From positions 137,066-201,065 of the forward strand of contig JAOAJN010000001.1 in NCBI GenBank assembly GCA_026414165.1: a DNA stretch of 64,000 bases. The letters are read 5' to 3'. This document shows, in pieces, positions 19,336 to 31,688 of the stretch (within the stretch, counting starts at the first letter, position 1; the number at the start of each line of letters is the position of its first letter). The translations under genes were made by a program, and so were the position numbers. This stretch comes from Candidatus Methanomethylicaceae archaeon (GTDB lineage Archaea > Thermoproteota > Methanomethylicia > Methanomethylicales > Methanomethylicaceae). Under the pieces are notes generated by a model. It was not told the DNA's origin and did no database searches. It saw only the letters and a program-made list of their open reading frames with translations.

Positions 19336-20439
19336 ATGGCGATGCGCCAACTTTCATTAGAGGATTACAAAATGGGCGGTACCACTTTGAACCTATGCAT
19401 AAAGGCGCCCCGTGAAAAAGCCGAGATCTTGAGGCGCGCCCTACAAAGGCTTGGAATTCTTGATCGTTCAAGAACAATAACGCCAAGCAACGGCTCTGTA
19501 CTTATACCCATTACTCGCAACCTCTTGTCTGATGAAATGAATGTACTTGCCCAACTATCTCAAGTTGAAGTTACATATTCAGAACTCCCCTCCCCTCGGA
19601 GTAAGCCAAAAGACCTCATGAGCACACTTGACGACATTCTGCCGCCCCACCTCTTGGCCCTGCTCCCGCGGTCATTTGACATCGTTGGCGATATTGCAAT
19701 AATAGAGGATCTCGCCCCAGAGCTTCTCCCCCATGGAGAGACCTTGGCAAAAGCTATGATGCAGATCCACCCAAGAGTAAGAACCGTTCTACTCAAGACA
19801 GGGAAAGTAGAGGGCGATTTCCGCATACCTCGCCTAACCTTACTGGGTGGTGAAGAAAAATATGAGACGATCCATGCGGAATACGGAGTCAAACTGAAGG
19901 TAGACCTCTCAAAAGCCTATTTCTCTCCTCGCCTCGCCACAGAACACCACAGGGTCGCCTCACAGGTCCGTGATGGTGAAGTAGTTGTGGACATGTTCGC
20001 AGGAGTTGGTCCATTTTCGATTCTGATCGCTAAAAAAGCTTCAGCGAAGGTGTTCTCGATAGACATAAATCCCAATGCCATATCTCTACTTAAAGAAAAC
20101 TTGCGCCTCAACCGCCTAAGAGGCGAAGTCGTCCCACTCTGCGGCGATGTGCGGACCATCGCCCCTCAACTCAAGGGGATTGCTGACAGGGTGATAATGA
20201 ACCTTCCTGCATCGTCTCTGGACTACCTTGATGTAGCAGTTGCTATCCTAAAAAGTGACGGAGGCATGATCCACATATATTTATTCACCAAGGACGATCC
20301 CATACAAAATTCCAAAGAAATGTTTAACAGTAGACTGAACGGGCAGGTCAAGAAGTGCGAGATCGTTAATGCGAGAGTAGTCAAGCCCGTCGCACCTAGG
20401 GAATGGCAAGTCGTAATAGATGCCTTAGTGGTACCTTGA
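19336..20439 (+). CDS. trm5: tRNA (guanine37-N1)-methyltransferase Trm5 (Trm5/TYW2 family)
   Basis: FDIVGDIAIIE, SAM motif VVDMFAGVGPFSI and MNLP catalytic motif. 367 aa. Confidence 0.8.
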   Translation: MAMRQLSLEDYKMGGTTLNLCIKAPREKAEILRRALQRLGILDRSRTITPSNGSVLIPITRNLLSDEMNVLAQLSQVEVTYSELPSPRSKPKDLMSTLDDILPPHLLALLPRSFDIVGDIAIIEDLAPELLPHGETLAKAMMQIHPRVRTVLLKTGKVEGDFRIPRLTLLGGEEKYETIHAEYGVKLKVDLSKAYFSPRLATEHHRVASQVRDGEVVVDMFAGVGPFSILIAKKASAKVFSIDINPNAISLLKENLRLNRLRGEVVPLCGDVRTIAPQLKGIADRVIMNLPASSLDYLDVAVAILKSDGGMIHIYLFTKDDPIQNSKEMFNSRLNGQVKKCEIVNARVVKPVAPREWQVVIDALVVP

Positions 20440-20494
20440 TCAAAATCAAAAATAATTCTGTATGCGACTCCGGGAGTCTTCATAAACTTCATTC

Positions 20495-20531
20495 TCTATT
20501 TTCTATTCTCTACCTTCTATTTTCTATTCTC
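20495..20531. repeat. 16-bp direct repeat TCTATTTTCTATTCTC x2 (21-bp period) in a convergent intergenic region
   Basis: Read directly: copies at 20495-20510 and 20516-20531. T-rich on the + strand downstream of trm5, so possibly terminator-related. Confidence 0.6.
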
Positions 20532-21058
20532 AATATTCTGTAGGCTCTTGTACCCAACAGAATCGCATAATAAGCAATGCCAAATATGCACATCCATGCG
20601 AAAGCATCATACGCCAAATGCACAAGTCCTGACTATGAACCGGGTTTATTATAAAAGGGTAAAAAGGCATAATATCGTCATAGATTGGAGCATCCACTAA
20701 AACATGGACGATTGCGCCCAAAAAACCAGTTATGATGAAGACTCTCAGATTGATCTTTCCGGTATTCTCAAGCACTTTCTGTAGACTATTCCTAGCCTGT
20801 TTTCCAATCTGTACATGATCCGACCAAAAACACTCCGACTATTAGCGAAACAATGATTATATGGAAGTATCCATGTAAAGGACAATTTAGCCCCAAAACA
20901 AGGACAACGAAGGAATCAAAATCCAGTATCATGCTTGTCAAAATCAGTGTCGGCACATGCACTATATTCCTTAAAGGGATTCCGATTGCCAGAGCAGCAC
21001 CGAGATGAAAAAGCGTGAATGGCATTTCACCAACACTCTTCAAGCCCCACATCTTCAA
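20530..21058 (-). pseudogene. YdjM/DUF457-like membrane-bound metal-dependent hydrolase, split by a frameshift
   Basis: ORF 20792..21058 has the N-half (FHLGAALAIG, LDFD, HGYFH). ORF 20530..20775 has the C-half (GAIVHVLVDAP). They are in different frames (offset 283 nt) and together make about 170 aa, the usual family size. Confidence 0.45.
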
Positions 21059-21069
21059 ACATAGATGCC

Positions 21070-21498
21070 TTATTCAACAATTAGCGTTAATTTTATTCTA
21101 GTCTCACACCTCTTCAATAAGCTCACAATATTCCTGTTTAAATCCGCCGCAGCCTTGTCAGAATTTATCATCAAAGTTCTTCCGCAAATGTATCCGCTCT
21201 TCCTTATTACCATGTCCTCCTCGCTTTCAAACGTGAGAGAGTGGTGTCCGCGCCCCCAGACCTCCTCGTACATACCATTGACTTCTATTATCATCCCAAT
21301 TCTCGATCCATCCAACTTCGCTACCCTCTTGAACTCTTCAGGAAGATCCCGAAGTGCCAGCTCTGAACGCGTCGCTACCACACAATCACCGCGTATACTC
21401 TTCATTTTTTCCTTTGTTACCTCAATCGTGGTCCTATGTAGTGCTGTTATTAGGGGATCTCCCCACGCGTAGAATGTTACTTTCAGAGTAAACACCAA
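21070..21498 (-). CDS. conserved archaeal hypothetical protein (DUF371-like)
   Basis: 142 aa. HRTTIEVTKE...RGDCVVA pattern recalled from DUF371. Weak, memory-based assignment. Confidence 0.5.
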   Translation of the reverse strand: MVFTLKVTFYAWGDPLITALHRTTIEVTKEKMKSIRGDCVVATRSELALRDLPEEFKRVAKLDGSRIGMIIEVNGMYEEVWGRGHHSLTFESEEDMVIRKSGYICGRTLMINSDKAAADLNRNIVSLLKRCETRIKLTLIVE

Positions 21499-21545
21499 GA
21501 CTTTTTTATAACCCTGACCAAATAAAACTTTAGAAGTGAACTGTA

Positions 21546-22220
21546 GTGGATTTTGCCGAGAAGCGTGAGAGGCTCGTTAAGCGTTTAATTGAAGAAGGGG
21601 TTCTAAAGAAGCCAGAAGTGATCAGAGCGATGCTAAAAGTTCCAAGGGAGGAGTTTGTTCCGCAAGAACTGCGGGAACATGCTTATATGGACTCCCCTTT
21701 GCCAACACTTGATGGACAGACCATCTCGGCTCCGCATATGGTTGCTATGATGTGTGAACTCCTCGACCTCAGGAAGGGTCAAAAGGTACTCGAGGTTGGG
21801 GCGGGGACTGGCTATCATGCGGCTGTATGCGCAGAGATAGTCGCACCACTCGAAGCGCCCCCCGGGGAGAGAGGTCATGTTTACGCAATAGAACGACTAA
21901 GTCGCCTTGTGGCTTTTGCGAGGAGTAATTTAGAGCGTACGAAATTTAGCGACCGTGTGACCATTATTGAGGGCGACGGCACACTAGGATATCCAGAGGC
22001 CGCACCGTTTGATAGAATCCTTGTAACAGCAGCTGCTCCTAGGATCCCCCCGCCCCTTAAAGCCCAACTCAAGGATGGTGGGAAGATTGTAATCCCTGTT
22101 GGCGAAGCCTACTCTATCCAAGATCTAATACTCGTGGAACGGAAAGGCGACTCTTTTAACGAGTACACGTGCGGAGGCTGTGTCTTCGTTCCTCTATATG
22201 GAAAATATGGATGGTCCTAG
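21546..22220 (+). CDS. pcm: protein-L-isoaspartate O-methyltransferase
   Basis: ISAPHMVAMMCELL and SAM motif VLEVGAGTGYHAAV. GTG start. Confidence 0.9.
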   Translation: MDFAEKRERLVKRLIEEGVLKKPEVIRAMLKVPREEFVPQELREHAYMDSPLPTLDGQTISAPHMVAMMCELLDLRKGQKVLEVGAGTGYHAAVCAEIVAPLEAPPGERGHVYAIERLSRLVAFARSNLERTKFSDRVTIIEGDGTLGYPEAAPFDRILVTAAAPRIPPPLKAQLKDGGKIVIPVGEAYSIQDLILVERKGDSFNEYTCGGCVFVPLYGKYGWS

Positions 22221-22321
22221 CCTGACCTCACAATTTATCTTCCTATCCTTCATTTTTCACATTCAGGTACAAAATTTGGAACTATTGCTGGGGAACAAAT
22301 TTATTCCTTTAGACTACTAAC

Positions 22322-23365
22322 TTATGATCCGCCAAACCATCTTTCCAAGCTCGACTGCCTTTCTACTTCCCTCTTCATCTTTTTGACTCTCTGCAGAGCT
22401 GCCTCTACCCTTTCCAAAGAGAAATCATGGTTATCGCAGAGTATTTTCTTGACCCTATCGCTATCCACTTCGCCCCATTCTAGCCTGTACTCCCCCGTGG
22501 TTTTTGGATTCAAGAAGATGTCCTTTATGGCATCCACATCAACCCGCGGATCTGCCTCAAGCGCCCCTCTCTCTATCGCGACCTTCAATGATCCATACTC
22601 CTCTATTATTTTTATTGCCTTCTTGGGCCCTATGCCCTTGAATCCGTCTGGGTTAAAGTCCGTTCCGAGCATAATCCCGATATCAATTAGCTGTTCCTTA
22701 CTTATATTCAGGTTACGTAATACATCGTCAAGCCTTATGACTTCGGGCTCTATGTCTATATATACAGGCTTGTTTGGCAGCTTTCTCCTACCCGATATGG
22801 TTAGATTTCTCACAAGCCTTGGCGCCCCAAATAACAAGGAGTCATAGTCCTGACTCACCGTTGCCCAGGCGTCTCCGCGCCTCGTCATGAATGCCGCCTG
22901 CGCCTCCCCCTCTGAAGGTGCCTGTACCCAAGGTATGCCCATAGCTTCGAGTAGATCCCTCGTCTGGGCAACCATCTCTCCAGTCAACCGCGAGGTAGCC
23001 TGTGCCGCCTTCCTCGCACTCTCCAAGTCACCCCTCTCAAGCGCTGCTTTGTACTCTTCTTGGGCCTTTTCCTTGATCTCGGCCCTCCTCTCTATTTCTC
23101 TAAGTTTGAGCTCCGGTGGCTTACCGTCAAAGACGTATACTGGTCTTATTCCGGCCTCCAGCAGGTTCACAGTTCTATAAAATACGCCACTGAGGTGGCT
23201 TGTCACCCTTCCCGCAGAATCCATTAGCGGAGTACCATCTGGCTGCCTTATTATCGACAAAAATTGGTAGAGTGCATTGTATCCATCAATTACTAATATC
23301 CTGCCCTTCATTTCCTCCAAGGTTATTGTCTGTGCCGTGACTAGTCCTTTTAGGTTTACTCCCAT
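22322..23365 (-). CDS. fen1: flap endonuclease 1
   Basis: MGVNLKGL start, XPG-N/XPG-I blocks (DGYNALYQF, SEGEAQAA) and a C-terminal PIP-box QSSLERWF. Confidence 0.95.
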   Translation of the reverse strand: MGVNLKGLVTAQTITLEEMKGRILVIDGYNALYQFLSIIRQPDGTPLMDSAGRVTSHLSGVFYRTVNLLEAGIRPVYVFDGKPPELKLREIERRAEIKEKAQEEYKAALERGDLESARKAAQATSRLTGEMVAQTRDLLEAMGIPWVQAPSEGEAQAAFMTRRGDAWATVSQDYDSLLFGAPRLVRNLTISGRRKLPNKPVYIDIEPEVIRLDDVLRNLNISKEQLIDIGIMLGTDFNPDGFKGIGPKKAIKIIEEYGSLKVAIERGALEADPRVDVDAIKDIFLNPKTTGEYRLEWGEVDSDRVKKILCDNHDFSLERVEAALQRVKKMKREVERQSSLERWFGGS

Positions 23366-23368
23366 CTT

Positions 23369-25892
<2,524 letters not shown>

Positions 25893-25972
25893 TTAATTTT
25901 ATGGAAACATTGACTAAAAAGTAAAAAATCTGAAATCGTGGGGATGCCCATCATTGACCATAATAAAACTCG

Positions 25973-26257
25973 TTAACCTGGAAGCGTCTGAACAATCTCG
26001 ACGTCTACCTGCCCCACTCCCTTAACCTTGCTGAAAGCATCCTCAATGGGTTGAGTGCCGCCCTCGAAGACCCCTGGCATTATAACAAAAACCTTGAGCG
26101 CCTTCAAGCCAAATGCGATCTCTTCCTCTGCGATCTTGTGGATGTAGAGGTCTTTATTACCCTTGGGCACTGCTTCTCTCAGTCCGTTCTTCAAAAGCTC
26201 CAAATTAACCCCGTCATCCTCGGGGAGTATTTTAAAGACGGCCAAAAGTCTTGCCAT
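25973..26257 (-). CDS. ef1b: elongation factor 1-beta (aEF-1beta)
   Basis: MARLLAVFKILPEDDGVNLE...FGLKALKVFVIMP, 94 aa. GGTGAT-N4-ATG at 26257; the ORF-track start at 26314 is likely an overcall. Confidence 0.85.
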   Translation of the reverse strand: MARLLAVFKILPEDDGVNLELLKNGLREAVPKGNKDLYIHKIAEEEIAFGLKALKVFVIMPGVFEGGTQPIEDAFSKVKGVGQVDVEIVQTLPG

Positions 26258-26267
26258 ATAAATCACC

Positions 26268-26444
26268 TCAGGGTCCCAAAAATCCACACTTTGGACATTT
26301 ATAGTTATTAACAAGCTCCCTACACTTCCTACAACGCCAGAAGACTACCTCGCCGCAATTGGGGCACGGGAGTTTTACCCCCTTCTGCTCTGGGAGTATA
26401 GGCTCCTTGCAAGAGATACATACGGGCAACTCCAGCTCGCTCAT
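26268..26444 (-). CDS. Zn-ribbon protein (COG2888-type, translation-associated)
   Basis: Four CxxC pairs (CISC, CPNCG, CRKC, CPKCG). Conserved archaeal position directly upstream of aEF-1beta. Confidence 0.7.
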   Translation of the reverse strand: MSELELPVCISCKEPILPEQKGVKLPCPNCGEVVFWRCRKCRELVNNYKCPKCGFLGP

Positions 26445-26565
26445 GCACTTCACCAAGGTGTGAAGGTTAAAAACTCTTCAAATATATAAACTTAATATTC
26501 ATAAGACTAAGGAGCGACCGAAAAGAGTCCTACAAAACAATATCTGCTTATATAAGTCTTACATT

Positions 26566-27669
26566 TTATTCTTCAAATAAAGACCTGAGAAGCGGCAAAA
26601 CTGCATATCTTACTAATCTTGATCTTGCTATTTTGGCAATAACGCTACCTTGTAGGTCCATGTCATAGCCAGCTAGTTTGTCTAATAACCCTCCACTATA
26701 AGCCTCTGCCATTGCCCTCTCCAACTCCTCCTCCCTCATGTTCCTAAAGATCTTTGCCGCCAACCTCATCCTTTCGAAATCCCTCCAGTACAGCGCCTTC
26801 CATCGCCTTTCAAACTCCGAGAGTGAAGATCCTTTGATCGCACCAGCTGCAGCAACTCCTGCCAATTTTGCCGTAAGACACCCCAAAATTACCCCTCCTC
26901 CCGTTGTTGGCTTTGCAAAACCGCCAGCATCACCTACAGATACTGCTTTCCCCTTCACAGTAGCTTTAATTGGACCCCCTACCACGACTTTACCATACAG
27001 TTCCCTAAGAACCCTCGTCACCAACTTATTTGCAAAACCCTCGTTCTTCTCCATGAACTTGTTCAAGAGCTCCTTCGGCAACCCTCTTCCTGCGGCGAGC
27101 CCCACCCTTAAATGATCCCTTCTTGGAACCGTCCAAGCAAAGAACCCAGGGGCCCAACCCCCAGTATAGATTTCCACAACATCGTCCTCAAAGTTCTTGA
27201 CCTCGACATCCACCTGCGCAGCAGGAATGGATCTCGGCACCTCCAAGCCTATGGATTGGGCGACTCTGCTCTTCGTACCCTCTGCATTGATTATAACCTT
27301 GAAATTCATGGAAGGATCATACAATGTTCCTGTCAATATTTCAACTCCCGCTCTCTCGGCCCTTTTCATCAACTCCTTATCAAACTTCTCCCTATCTATG
27401 ACCGCTGCCTTCTCATCTGAGGTGGTTATCTCATACATTCTACCTCTTGGAGAAAAGACCCTCACCCTTCTTATCCTACTGAGCAAGACACACTCGTACC
27501 CTCCCAAGATCTTCTGTAAACCTTCCCTGCTGACCAGACCTGCACAATGGTCTGGGCGACCGATCTCTTTATCCTCCTCAACCACGGTTACCTCTGCTCC
27601 AGCAAGGGCTGCTTCCGTTGCTGCCGTTAGCCCTGAGGGTCCCCCTCCAACCACCAAGATCTCCCGCAC
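26566..27669 (-). CDS. geranylgeranyl reductase family FAD-dependent oxidoreductase
   Basis: VVGGGPSGLTAA dinucleotide motif and HCAGLVS block. 367 aa. Confidence 0.7.
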   Translation of the reverse strand: MREILVVGGGPSGLTAATEAALAGAEVTVVEEDKEIGRPDHCAGLVSREGLQKILGGYECVLLSRIRRVRVFSPRGRMYEITTSDEKAAVIDREKFDKELMKRAERAGVEILTGTLYDPSMNFKVIINAEGTKSRVAQSIGLEVPRSIPAAQVDVEVKNFEDDVVEIYTGGWAPGFFAWTVPRRDHLRVGLAAGRGLPKELLNKFMEKNEGFANKLVTRVLRELYGKVVVGGPIKATVKGKAVSVGDAGGFAKPTTGGGVILGCLTAKLAGVAAAGAIKGSSLSEFERRWKALYWRDFERMRLAAKIFRNMREEELERAMAEAYSGGLLDKLAGYDMDLQGSVIAKIARSRLVRYAVLPLLRSLFEE

Positions 27670-27718
27670 ATGCTCCCCCTCGATACATTTTTATCCAATC
27701 TTCTTTAAAACTCGTACT

Positions 27719-28078
27719 ATGGAATTTGAATACAAACAGGCGATCGTAGTGCGACAAGACCTAAAGATGACCAAGGGAAAGCTCGCCGCCCAGGTAGCCC
27801 ACGCATCACTCTCCTCATACATCATCACTAAAAATGTAAGACCTGATTGGGCATCCAATTGGATAAGAGAAGGACAAAAGAAAGTAGTACTCAAGACAAG
27901 ATCTCTGGACGAACTTCTTGAGATAAAAAAGTTGGTGGAGCGAGAAAACATCCCCAATTCTCTGATTTCTGATGCCGGTCTAACTCAGCTCGAACCAGGC
28001 ACCATCACATGCATCGGAATAGGTCCTGCCCCGGCGGACATCATAGACAAGATCGTTGGTAATCTAAAACTCTTGTGA
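27719..28078 (+). CDS. pth2: peptidyl-tRNA hydrolase, archaeal Pth2
   Basis: MEFEYKQAIVVRQDLKMTKGKLAAQVAHAS, 119 aa. The ORF-track entry 27197..28078 is an antisense-extended overcall. Confidence 0.9.
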   Translation: MEFEYKQAIVVRQDLKMTKGKLAAQVAHASLSSYIITKNVRPDWASNWIREGQKKVVLKTRSLDELLEIKKLVERENIPNSLISDAGLTQLEPGTITCIGIGPAPADIIDKIVGNLKLL

Positions 28079-28083
28079 TCACC

Positions 28084-29391
28084 ATGCCCCTTATTCCTAC
28101 GCTTTCTCAATTAGAGCGGTCTTGTGGTATTTTATTTTATTCAACAACTGGAAAGGGAATTGGCGGCAAGATCAGAGTCAAGCCCGAGGATTTTATCGTG
28201 GAGGAGATCACCCCCGAAGGAAAGATCGTTAACGAATCACTAAAATCTTTGAACAGGGGTAGAGGACCATACACGCTCGCCGTTTTAAAGAAGAAATCTC
28301 GTGATCTGCTCCCCACCATATCCCTTCTACAAAAGCTCCTATCAGCTAAAGTTTCATTTGCAGGCATAAAAGACAGGAGGGCGGTGACCTACCAACTAAT
28401 CTCTATCAATCGCCCACTAGCAGAACCGATTAGAATGAACAATTTAGAGGTATGGGCTGTTGGCACCTCTAAATGGGAAATCAGACCTGGCGAACTCAAA
28501 GGCAACAGATTCACAATAACGATTAGATCATTGGATAGTGAAAATATCTCTAAAGAAGCACTATCCGGGCTGAACTGGTTGCCAGGCTATTTTGGTCATC
28601 AGCGATTTGGGACTACAAGGCCTAACACGCATAAAGTTGGTAAGTACATCGTGAGAGGTGACTTTGAGAGCGCTGTGAGAGAGTTCCTCGCCGAACCCTA
28701 CGAGGGCGAGCCACGCCAAATATTCTCCTTCAGACAGAACCTCAAAACCACGTGGGATCTGAAGGCTGCTCTCTCCTCAATCCCCCCTCTTCTGCTATAT
28801 GAGCGAGAAGTTATAAGGTTGCTAATCTCCAGTGCGGGCTATTTGCCTTCATTGAATTCCCTTCCGAAGCCCCTTATCCGCCTGTTCGTGAATGCATACC
28901 AATCGTACCTCTTCAACTTGGCACTTTCAGAAAGGTGGTCAAAATATGGCTTGAATTATGTAGATCTGGGCGACACGGTGTCTATCCTTGATAATTCCCT
29001 AAATCCCTCCAGGACCATAAAAGTCACACACTCAAATCTAGAAAAATTAAGAAAACTAGTGGACTCAAAAAAGGCCGTACTTCTCATGCCTGTTCCTGGG
29101 AGCGACCTTTGCGTTGAGGGAATAAACTACGAAATATACTCAGAAATCTTGGAGAGGGAAAAAATCTCACCTGGCGATTTTTCAAACACAATGGGGTTGG
29201 AATTCAGAGGGACCATGCGCCCGGCATCCTTCTGCCCTACTAGTCTCGAAATGTCTGATCCTTCTGAAGACGAGCTAAACCCTGGCAAAACAAAGGTTAC
29301 AATAAAATTTACACTGTCAAGGGGTTTCTATGCCACAGTGCTGCTCAGAGAGCTCATGAAACCTGAGGATCCTAAAAGCGCGGGCTTCTAA
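28084..29391 (+). CDS. truD: tRNA pseudouridine(13) synthase TruD/Pus7
   Basis: GIKDRRAVTYQ (catalytic Asp) and GYFGHQRFG. The ORF opens at GTG 28075, overlapping the pth2 stop. Confidence 0.85.
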   Translation: MPLIPTLSQLERSCGILFYSTTGKGIGGKIRVKPEDFIVEEITPEGKIVNESLKSLNRGRGPYTLAVLKKKSRDLLPTISLLQKLLSAKVSFAGIKDRRAVTYQLISINRPLAEPIRMNNLEVWAVGTSKWEIRPGELKGNRFTITIRSLDSENISKEALSGLNWLPGYFGHQRFGTTRPNTHKVGKYIVRGDFESAVREFLAEPYEGEPRQIFSFRQNLKTTWDLKAALSSIPPLLLYEREVIRLLISSAGYLPSLNSLPKPLIRLFVNAYQSYLFNLALSERWSKYGLNYVDLGDTVSILDNSLNPSRTIKVTHSNLEKLRKLVDSKKAVLLMPVPGSDLCVEGINYEIYSEILEREKISPGDFSNTMGLEFRGTMRPASFCPTSLEMSDPSEDELNPGKTKVTIKFTLSRGFYATVLLRELMKPEDPKSAGF

Positions 29392-29428
29392 AGTCATGAA
29401 CCGAAATCTGTTAAAGAGGGGGCGCTCT

Positions 29429-30748
29429 TTAAGGTAACAAACGCTCTGGCGTCCTAGGGAATAGTGCTGCCTCTCTAACATTGCTCAGGTCTAACAGTTG
29501 CATGGTCATTCTTTCTATACCAATGTTGAATCCGCCGTGGGGCGGCGCTCCATATTTGAAATGTTCAGTGAACCACTGCATACCGACAGGGCTTATCCCC
29601 TTCTCCCTAATCTGCTCCACTATCTTCTCGTAGCGGTGCTCCCTCTGACCTCCGGAGCTGACCTCCAGCCCCTTGTATATCAGGTCTACACTCCTTGCCC
29701 ACTGAGGCTCTTCATCAACCCTCATAACGTAGAAGGGCTTCACCCTGAACGGGAACCTATTGACAAAGAAGAAATCACTCTTGTACTTCTCCTTCACGTA
29801 ATTTGCAAGTATTGTCTCAGACTCCCTGTCATAATCCTCTCCGAATGGTATCTTCTTCCCAAACTCCTCCAAGATCTCATATATCTTAGGAAATCTTAAC
29901 TCTGGGAAGGGTGCGCTCGGGACTTTGATCTCTTTTCCCAACAACTCAAGCTCTTCCACGCACTCCTCCTTGACCTTACTGATCCCTGAGATCACCAAAT
30001 TCTCTTCAACCTTCATGACCTCATACTCGTCTGCTATAAATCCGAGTTCAACGGCACATCCCCTATGCTCGCAGAGATGTCTCGGCGTGTGACTCGGCTC
30101 TGCCCTCCAGCTCGGTCCTAGGTCATATATCCTATCAAGACCACTTATAACAGCGAGCTGCCTGTGGAGTTGTGGATCTTGCCTCAGAAATGCACTCTTA
30201 TTGAAGTAAACCACTGGAAAAACTTCTGCTCCGCTCTCAGAAGCTGCACCCATCAGACAGGGCGTGAATATCTGCTGGAAACCGTCCTTCCTTAGATAAT
30301 CCTGCATCCCCTCAACCATTTTAGACTGTATCTTGAAAACTGCCAGCACTTCTGGTCTTCTCAGATCGAGAACTCTATTGTCCAACCTCGTATCAAGGTT
30401 AGACTCTATCTTCCCTGAAACTGAGACAGGCAGATTTGACACGGTCTTGCTGAGGATTACTATCTCCTTGGGTATTATCTCTCTGCCCTTGGGGGCTATC
30501 TTGTTTGCCTTCACCACTCCCTTGACCGATATAACATACTCTTCCTTTATCTTCTCGGCAAGCTCAATAAGTTCTTGCGCCGTCACTCCCTTCTTCAAAG
30601 TTATCTGGATGAGCCCCTCCCTGTCCCTCAATATTATGAACTTTAAATTTCCAAGGTCCCTTAATCTGTGGACCCAGCCTGCAACTGTTACCTCCTTCTC
30701 CGCATCTTCTGGCTTTATCTCTGACGTATAATGTGTTCTAATTGGCAT
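29429..30748 (-). CDS. aspS: aspartate--tRNA ligase (archaeal type)
   Basis: OB-fold N-terminus VTVAGWVHRLRDLG. Class II motifs WRAEPSHTPRHLCEH, GGQREHR and GFNIGIERM. Confidence 0.9.
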   Translation of the reverse strand: MPIRTHYTSEIKPEDAEKEVTVAGWVHRLRDLGNLKFIILRDREGLIQITLKKGVTAQELIELAEKIKEEYVISVKGVVKANKIAPKGREIIPKEIVILSKTVSNLPVSVSGKIESNLDTRLDNRVLDLRRPEVLAVFKIQSKMVEGMQDYLRKDGFQQIFTPCLMGAASESGAEVFPVVYFNKSAFLRQDPQLHRQLAVISGLDRIYDLGPSWRAEPSHTPRHLCEHRGCAVELGFIADEYEVMKVEENLVISGISKVKEECVEELELLGKEIKVPSAPFPELRFPKIYEILEEFGKKIPFGEDYDRESETILANYVKEKYKSDFFFVNRFPFRVKPFYVMRVDEEPQWARSVDLIYKGLEVSSGGQREHRYEKIVEQIREKGISPVGMQWFTEHFKYGAPPHGGFNIGIERMTMQLLDLSNVREAALFPRTPERLLP

Positions 30749-30769
30749 TCTACACACACTCAGCCAAAA

Positions 30770-31282
30770 TTACTCAAAGACTATATGAATAGTTTCGCCC
30801 GTGAGTTTCTTAATAGCTTCCTCCGCCGATCTTGCGTCTATCGGCATTTTTTTGAAGTCACTCTTCGGTATCCTGATGGTGCTCTCCCAACTACCGTCGG
30901 GCAACCATACCGTATTTGCCCCAATGACCCTAGCTGGAACAACTATCTGTTCTAACAACCTCTTTATACTCGAACTCTTCTCTATTATCCTGACGGTTAT
31001 TTTTTTCTCCTCACTCAGCTGTTTGCTTAGTTTGCTTAACAACGCTCTATTCGCGCCCTTGCCGCCACTCACCATCACTATTATCATCCGGGGCAGAGCC
31101 ACGGTCTTATGTATTGTATAATCCTTAATCTGCGGATTCTTCGTCTCATGCTCAATAAACCACTTTGATATCTCTATATCTGCCTCTGTAATCTCGCCCC
31201 TATCCAGCTTCTCCTGGCACTTTGGGCACAGCACCCCGCTTTTTGCACAGAAGAAGCAGATAGGAGTCCGCAAAGCCCTCAC
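30770..31282 (-). CDS. Zn-ribbon plus NusA-like KH-domain protein (putative RNA-binding)
   Basis: N-terminal CFFC...CPKC. The C-terminal LLEQIVVPARVIGANTVWLPDG resembles the end of a NusA KH module. 4-nt overlap with the alba stop. Confidence 0.45.
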   Translation of the reverse strand: MRALRTPICFFCAKSGVLCPKCQEKLDRGEITEADIEISKWFIEHETKNPQIKDYTIHKTVALPRMIIVMVSGGKGANRALLSKLSKQLSEEKKITVRIIEKSSSIKRLLEQIVVPARVIGANTVWLPDGSWESTIRIPKSDFKKMPIDARSAEEAIKKLTGETIHIVFE

Positions 31283-31575
31283 TTCGCTTTACTTTTTTTT
31301 ACTTTGCCCAGTTTTATCGATATCGAGCTAGCCCTCCGGCTGCCCTGTCCGTCTTTGAGGGGGATCTCTTCCGTACCGATGTCTATGTTCTTAATCTCTG
31401 CATCTGGCATGAACTTTCTCCTGATAACCTCAACCACATCAACAGCCTTGCTTATTGACTGACCTCTTGCCTTTACGACAACCTCGCTTGCCCCTTCATG
31501 GAATGCTGTGAGACATGCTAAGACATAGTTCATCGGCGGCTTCTTTCCCACGAATATCTCTGCCTCTTTCGACAA
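31279..31575 (-). CDS. albA: DNA/RNA-binding protein Alba
   Basis: NYVLACLTAFHEGASEVVVKARGQSISKAVDVVEVIRRKF. TTG start. Confidence 0.9.
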   Translation of the reverse strand: MSKEAEIFVGKKPPMNYVLACLTAFHEGASEVVVKARGQSISKAVDVVEVIRRKFMPDAEIKNIDIGTEEIPLKDGQGSRRASSISIKLGKVKKSKAK

Positions 31576-31688
31576 CTCCGCCCCTCCAAGTAATTAAAAG
31601 GACTCAACGTTTAAACTGAATTCTTGAATAAATATATTTTGGTCTCTCGACTAAAACTTATTATACGTGACTTTACAAAAGTAAAGTC

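Noticed and set aside
19196-19486. A 96-aa minus-strand ORF.
   Set aside because: It runs straight through tRNA-Arg(CCT) and the trm5 start, so it is spurious.
27197-27718. The N-terminal 174 codons of the ORF-track entry 27197..28078.
   Set aside because: This part is antisense to the geranylgeranyl-reductase-family gene. The recognisable Pth2 sequence begins at Met 27719.
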